A stretch of DNA of 64,000 nt from the human T2T-CHM13v2.0 reference genome, Homo sapiens. The stretch's first letter is position 1. Each line of letters begins with the position of its first letter. Position numbers and translations under genes: made by a program. The DNA lies in the NCBI RefSeq assembly GCF_009914755.1, contig NC_060932.1; one strand, 5' to 3'. A model generated the notes under the pieces. The model was not told the origin of the DNA and did no database searches. It saw nothing but the letters and a program-made list of their open reading frames with translations. Shown piece by piece: positions 56,736 through 64,000 of this stretch.

Positions 56736-58224
56736 GGCTGAAGAAAGAAAAAAGTTTGGCTTCATTTCCAGGAGGCAGAGAAAACTTCCGTCTGTGGCTC
56801 TCTAGCAGCAGTGGAATGTCTCTGTTTGGATAATAAGAGTCTTTCTGTACCTCCTTAGGGATATTCATAGATAGAGGTGTTCTATGCACGCAAAATTGCT
56901 TTTATGGGAAGACTGAGAATCCTTTTTTTTTATTGGACAGCCAGTTCATTAGAATGATGTGGGTGCACAGTTTTGGCCAGAAAACCTTGTTAAATGGGGA
57001 CATAAGCTACATTTTGGCAAAAGATGAAAGTTTATGAACAAACAACCATTTATATTGTTACAATAAATTAGACTGTGTTGAGAAACCAGTTGGTTTCATT
57101 AATGACCAGACATTTTGTTAGTGAACACTTCCCAGACTTTACTAGCCCTGCTAAGAATTAATCACCCCACTTGCTCCTGGTCTGAAACTCCAAAGTGCTT
57201 TGTTTATGTTACAGTACTTACTGCCTTGTATGTTAGATTAGTGAATGTATATTTGCCTCATCCACTACTGTATGAACTTCTTGCTTGCTAGGACAAGGCT
57301 ATATTCCTCAGAACTGAGGAGGGAGTTGAATCATGTGGCTATTTATTCTCAAATCCTCTTCACCAAGTGGAACAAAACAACAGCGAAAGACCACCGCACG
57401 TGGAGGCAGGAGGTTTGGATTTGGGTTCTAGATCTCTAGATCTATTACTAACTGGAGGTATGGATATAGTCAGGAAAATTGTCTTCCTTAGGTGCTTCCT
57501 TGATAGCACCTATAAAGGTCGAGATCTATTGGATCTAGATCAGGGGATTCTCAATCATTACTATGCAGAAAATCAACTGGGAGAGTTACTTTGCAATACA
57601 GATGCTTAGTTCCATCTCATGATATTTTTATTTTTTTTTAAATTGGTCAAGTATTTTTCATTAAATAATGTAAACTTTCTTAGTCTACATCTAACAAAAC
57701 TCCCACCAGCATACAAATACATTGAATGATATTAGCAGCAGAATCTTTAAATAAAGTAACCATACACAACTATGAGGCCACCTTATTTTCATTGCTTATT
57801 ATTTCATGCTATTTGTCACCATTGTCATCATAATCAGCCTCATCCTACATTGTTGAACACCCATCATGGACCATATGGCATAAACATTTTTCCTACTCAT
57901 AAAGGAGCATATGTTCTCTATATGTATATAAAATTAATGTCTGAACAAAGTAGCTTAAACAAGGCAGAAGTTTGTTTCTCCCTCACTTAAATCTATAGTT
58001 CTACCTACCATGGCTAGTACAGATACCTGCCAAATTCATTAGGGATGCAGGCCCCTTCCAGCACTCTGTTCTGCTATAGTGTAAAAGAGGCTCTAGTTTG
58101 GCTGCTAAATCCCCACCTATCATTTTTGAATTCCAGGCAGCAGGTAGGAAAAAAGCCAAGAGAAAAAAACAAGGGAACATCTACCCCTCCTTTTAAGTTT
58201 TTTAACCAACCCCCTCTTGTTTTA

Positions 58225-60285
<2,061 letters not shown>

Positions 60286-60432
60286 ACGACCTTGGGGAAA
60301 GAGAGTCTTGCTGCTTGCTTGTGGGACTTGCCTTGGAAGGTAGATAAGTTCACTGCATCCTCCAACTTTTTATTTCTGGTGAGTTCTCCAAGCACTGAGA
60401 TGTGAACTGGCCTCATTCCCTTACAATGGTAC

Positions 60433-61110
60433 TGTTACCAGTAGAAGAGATTCCAGTTTCTGGCAGCGTATCTGCATGGTCCATAAGCAACTTCAGTCCT
60501 TGCCTCCTCAGAAGAAATAATTTGACTGAAGGGCATACAGCAGAAAAAGAGACTGAGCGGTAAGTTTCAGAGCAGGAGTGGAAGTTTATTTAAAAAGGCT
60601 TTAGAACAGGAAGGAGAGGAAAATTCTCTTGGAAGAGACCCGAACAGATGCCTGAATGTCCAAGAAAGAAAAGAGAAGAGCCTTTAACCTTGATCCTGCC
60701 ATGGGTTTTCCTCTTTCCCATGATTCTAACTTTAGGGAGCGTTTCCGGCTTGCACAGTGCTTTCCTTACCCTTTGAAATTGAGCATGCACGGTGTGTTTA
60801 GGGAGTTATATGCATGTCCATCTGAAGCTTTCTTTCCTTTTCCGGTGGAGTGTGCCCCCGGAAGATTATGCTTTGCCATTTTTGTCTCTTAACATGCATG
60901 CCCAAGAAGTTGCTTCTTCCTGAGGTCTGCATTTAACTAACATTTTTGATGTTAACAGGTGTAGACCATCAGGAAATGGCCTCTCTTTGGTGCTGCCTAA
61001 TTATCATTTTTAGAGAGGCAATGTGATAATTGACAGGCCATCACCTGACATTTCTAGTGGGTAGGGGAAGAGCCCTCTCCTGCCCTGCTCATGCTCTTCT
61101 ACCTGTAACA
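60433..61110 (-). mobile_element. ERV1 solo LTR (MER4-group/MER50-like)
   Basis: TGTTAC...GTAACA inverted termini; cttgcctcctcagaagaaa...gagcaggagtggaagtttatt. Confidence 0.75.
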
Positions 61111-62085
61111 AGACAAGCCTTGTATATCATTAGACATTTGTCCCATCAAGGCAGCATCTCATTATTACATTTTATTGTGTGAATTGTTACTTCACATTCT
61201 CATAATCTGTGTTCACTATTTGTGTGCCTTTTCCACTTTTGTTTTGACCATATCTCATTATTTGAACTGCCTCCTCCAAGATTCTAGATCTGCATTGGCC
61301 AATATAGTAACTACTAGTCACATGTGACTATAAACTGTAAATTAATTATAATTAAATAACTAAATGACATATCCTTAGTAGTAATAGCCAAAGTCTTGGC
61401 CAAACTAGAAATTCTGTAACTACATATGTGTGGTAGTTACTGCATTGGACAATGCAGATATAGAGAATTTCTTTCATCACAGAAAATCGTGTTGGGCATG
61501 TTGGCTACCACTTATTTTTAAATTCTATTTGTGTGGTTTATAGTTAAATTATATTCTGCTTCTCTATATTCATTTCCTTTCACAGATTTTCTCAAGCAAT
61601 TTTTAAATTTCATTCTTTTACCTTATTGAGGTAAGTACTTAGATTATTTTTTTAAAATAATGCACAGCAAATAATTTTTCCATCGATATTGTTTTAGCTT
61701 TATTGTATTGGTACTTTTATGTACTATATTCAGGTATTATTATTTTTCATAACTTACTTTTAAAATTGTGACAAGTTTATTTAAAATAGATTTCTCCCTT
61801 GATTTTCAGATGTTAGATTCTGTCTTCCATTGCTGTATTTTAATTTAATTTAATTTTATTGTATGTAAATATGTTGCATATTCCATTTTTTAAAATGTGA
61901 GATATTTCCTCTCTCCTGTTACATAAACTTTGTATGCAGTGTTCATTATGCACTTTAAAAATAAATATTTTGTTTCAGGGCATGATGCTTTCACACATAA
62001 AACCTTAGAATAATTTTAAATTCCATTCCACTTTCACCATTCCTGAACTGCTTTGAATATATTGGAGGTTGGAAGCCATGAGAGG

Positions 62086-62185
62086 CTTGCAATCCTGTCA
62101 AGATAATAGGATTTTCCATTTATAGTGTAATCTGACTTGCAATCCCATCAAGATAATAGGATTTTCCATTTATAGTGTAATCTGA
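62086..62185. repeat. 50-bp tandem duplication (2 copies)
   Basis: cttgcaatcc(tg/ca)tcaagataataggattttccatttatagtgtaatctga twice, 2 mismatches. Confidence 0.95.
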
Positions 62186-62652
62186 TATATATTCGTTCTG
62201 GTTTCATACTTTAAAAAAATCTATTCTCTTTTACTCTGTGGTGATCTTTGCTTTTCTATTTTTTCATTGCTAGAATGTGAGCTGCTGTTTCCCTAGCACC
62301 TCAGATGTCATTCAACATTGTATAGCACTGGTGTTGAGAATTGAGAGAATCTACTAAATAATAGCACTTTTCGAGACTGCAGTTCTGAATTAAAAGGAAG
62401 GGAAAGGACAGGCAAAACAATATAGACATCAGCTATTTTTACTGAAGATCTGTTGGAGAACATGGTTTTGTTGTCCAGGAACTTGAGACCTAATACTGCA
62501 TTCCTAATACTTCACTAACGTGTGTCTAAATAGCCGTGAAAGGGCTAAGAAGTCACAAGTTGGCCTCTTAATTTTTACGGGTGCCCTTAAAATATTAAGG
62601 TAATATTGAGGATGCAGAATGGCTCATTCCTCATGACTTTTTAAGAGATCTG

Positions 62653-62949
62653 GGCCGGGCACGGTGGCTTACGCCTGTAATCCCAACACTTTGAGAGGCG
62701 GAGGCTGGCGGATCACCTGAGGTCAGGAGTTCTAGACCAGCCCTACCAAAATGGAGAAACCCCGTCTCGACTAAAAATACAAAATTAGCCGAGCACGATG
62801 GCGCATGCTTGTCATCCTAGCTACTCAGGAGGCTGAGGCTGGAGAATTGCTTGAACCCAGGAGGTGGAGGTTGCGGTGAGCCGACATCGCGCCACTGCAC
62901 TCCAGCCTGGGCAACAGGAGTGAAACTCTACCAAAAAAAAAAAAAAAAA
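62653..62949 (+). mobile_element. AluS (Sp-like) element
   Basis: Full dimer; atggagaaaccccgtctc; A tail followed by (GA)n. Confidence 0.95.
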
Positions 62950-64000
62950 GAGAGAGAGAGAGACAACTGGAGGGAGATACTAAGCTGTGCAGGCTCTCAT
63001 CTTGAAGTCACCAAATACATAAGTTGTTATTTCTGCTCTGGTGAAAAGTTTGTCAATACATTTTTTTTCCATGAATTAATGAAAATTTTAGACCTATAAC
63101 ATAAGTTTTTAAAAGTTTCTCCTAAAGATTGCTTGTGTATGTATGTGGTTTAAAATATATTTAATCTCTACATCTTGAAATCGTTTTGATAGATTCCACA
63201 CAAGAGTCCTTTATGAAATAAGTATGCTTTAACTTTCTTATAATATTTGTCCTTTTTTGTCCCTGGCACGGTCTGTATATGACCAGTTAAATTACTTTTA
63301 GTTCATGTTTGGGTTATAATTACACACAAATATTCTCTAAAGCCCAAATCTTATTTTGATATTCGAGGAAGAGTTTACATGGTAATAATATTAAGGGTTA
63401 CAGCTGGTTACACTGAAGCTTTGTCGGCATTCTCTAATATCTTATTTTTTTTTGAAGGAATATCTGTTCTGCTTGAATTGTAGGCTACATAATACATGTA
63501 CTGTCAGGTACATTCATGGAAGGGACAGGCAGATGGAGTCATATGTTACTGGAGTCTTGATGAACAGATGTAGAAAATAGTTCAAGGAATAAGAAAAAAG
63601 TTGATATTGAAAAGTGCTTGTTGAAGTCTGTAAATGTGCATTAAATGTGGCAGTAAAAATAGACACAATGATGTTTGGGAACTGGGGTCTAAATGCTGGA
63701 GTCCCCAGAATCATAGAGAACCTTGGTTAGGGGAGTAATTTTGTCAAAAAGCAAGAAGAGGCAGTGACAGGCAGAATATAATTAAAAGTATTGCTGGGCC
63801 ATTTTCTAATTTTGTAATTTTGTCATATTATTCAAACCCTGTTGATCATTTATTAAATTGGTAAATAAATTATAATCAGCAGGATTATTATGAGGGTTAA
63901 ATAAGGAAATATATGTACATCTGTAAGCACAATGTCACAATTAATACAAAGTTACCCTTTTTATTTTTCCTGGACTTCATGTACAAATGGGTCAGTAAAT

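Overview
Human (primate) genomic DNA from the 8p23.1 beta-defensin copy-number-variable cluster. It carries the last exon of DEFB103 (hBD-3), a processed HSPD1 pseudogene, the complete DEFB4 (hBD-2) gene with its VDRE/NF-kB/AP-1 promoter, and an intact-ORF DEFB108 copy on the minus strand. About two thirds of the window (~1597-42245) is an old head-to-tail tandem duplication with a resolvable junction at ~19481. Copy A holds DEFB4. Copy B holds a dead DEFB4 paralog whose peptide can be reconstructed and resembles TAP/pBD-1, plus a HERV-H provirus nested in an MST MaLR, a solo LTR7 and a 5S rRNA fragment. Between copy B and DEFB108 are two more defensin relics: a DEFB103/DEFB4-type 58-nt signal exon with a dead donor (42771-42828) and a possible decayed exon 2 (47768-47886), and an intact orphan Defb33-like signal exon (48340-48397). 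A/B paralog letters and repeat subfamily names come from recall and manual comparison, not database searches.
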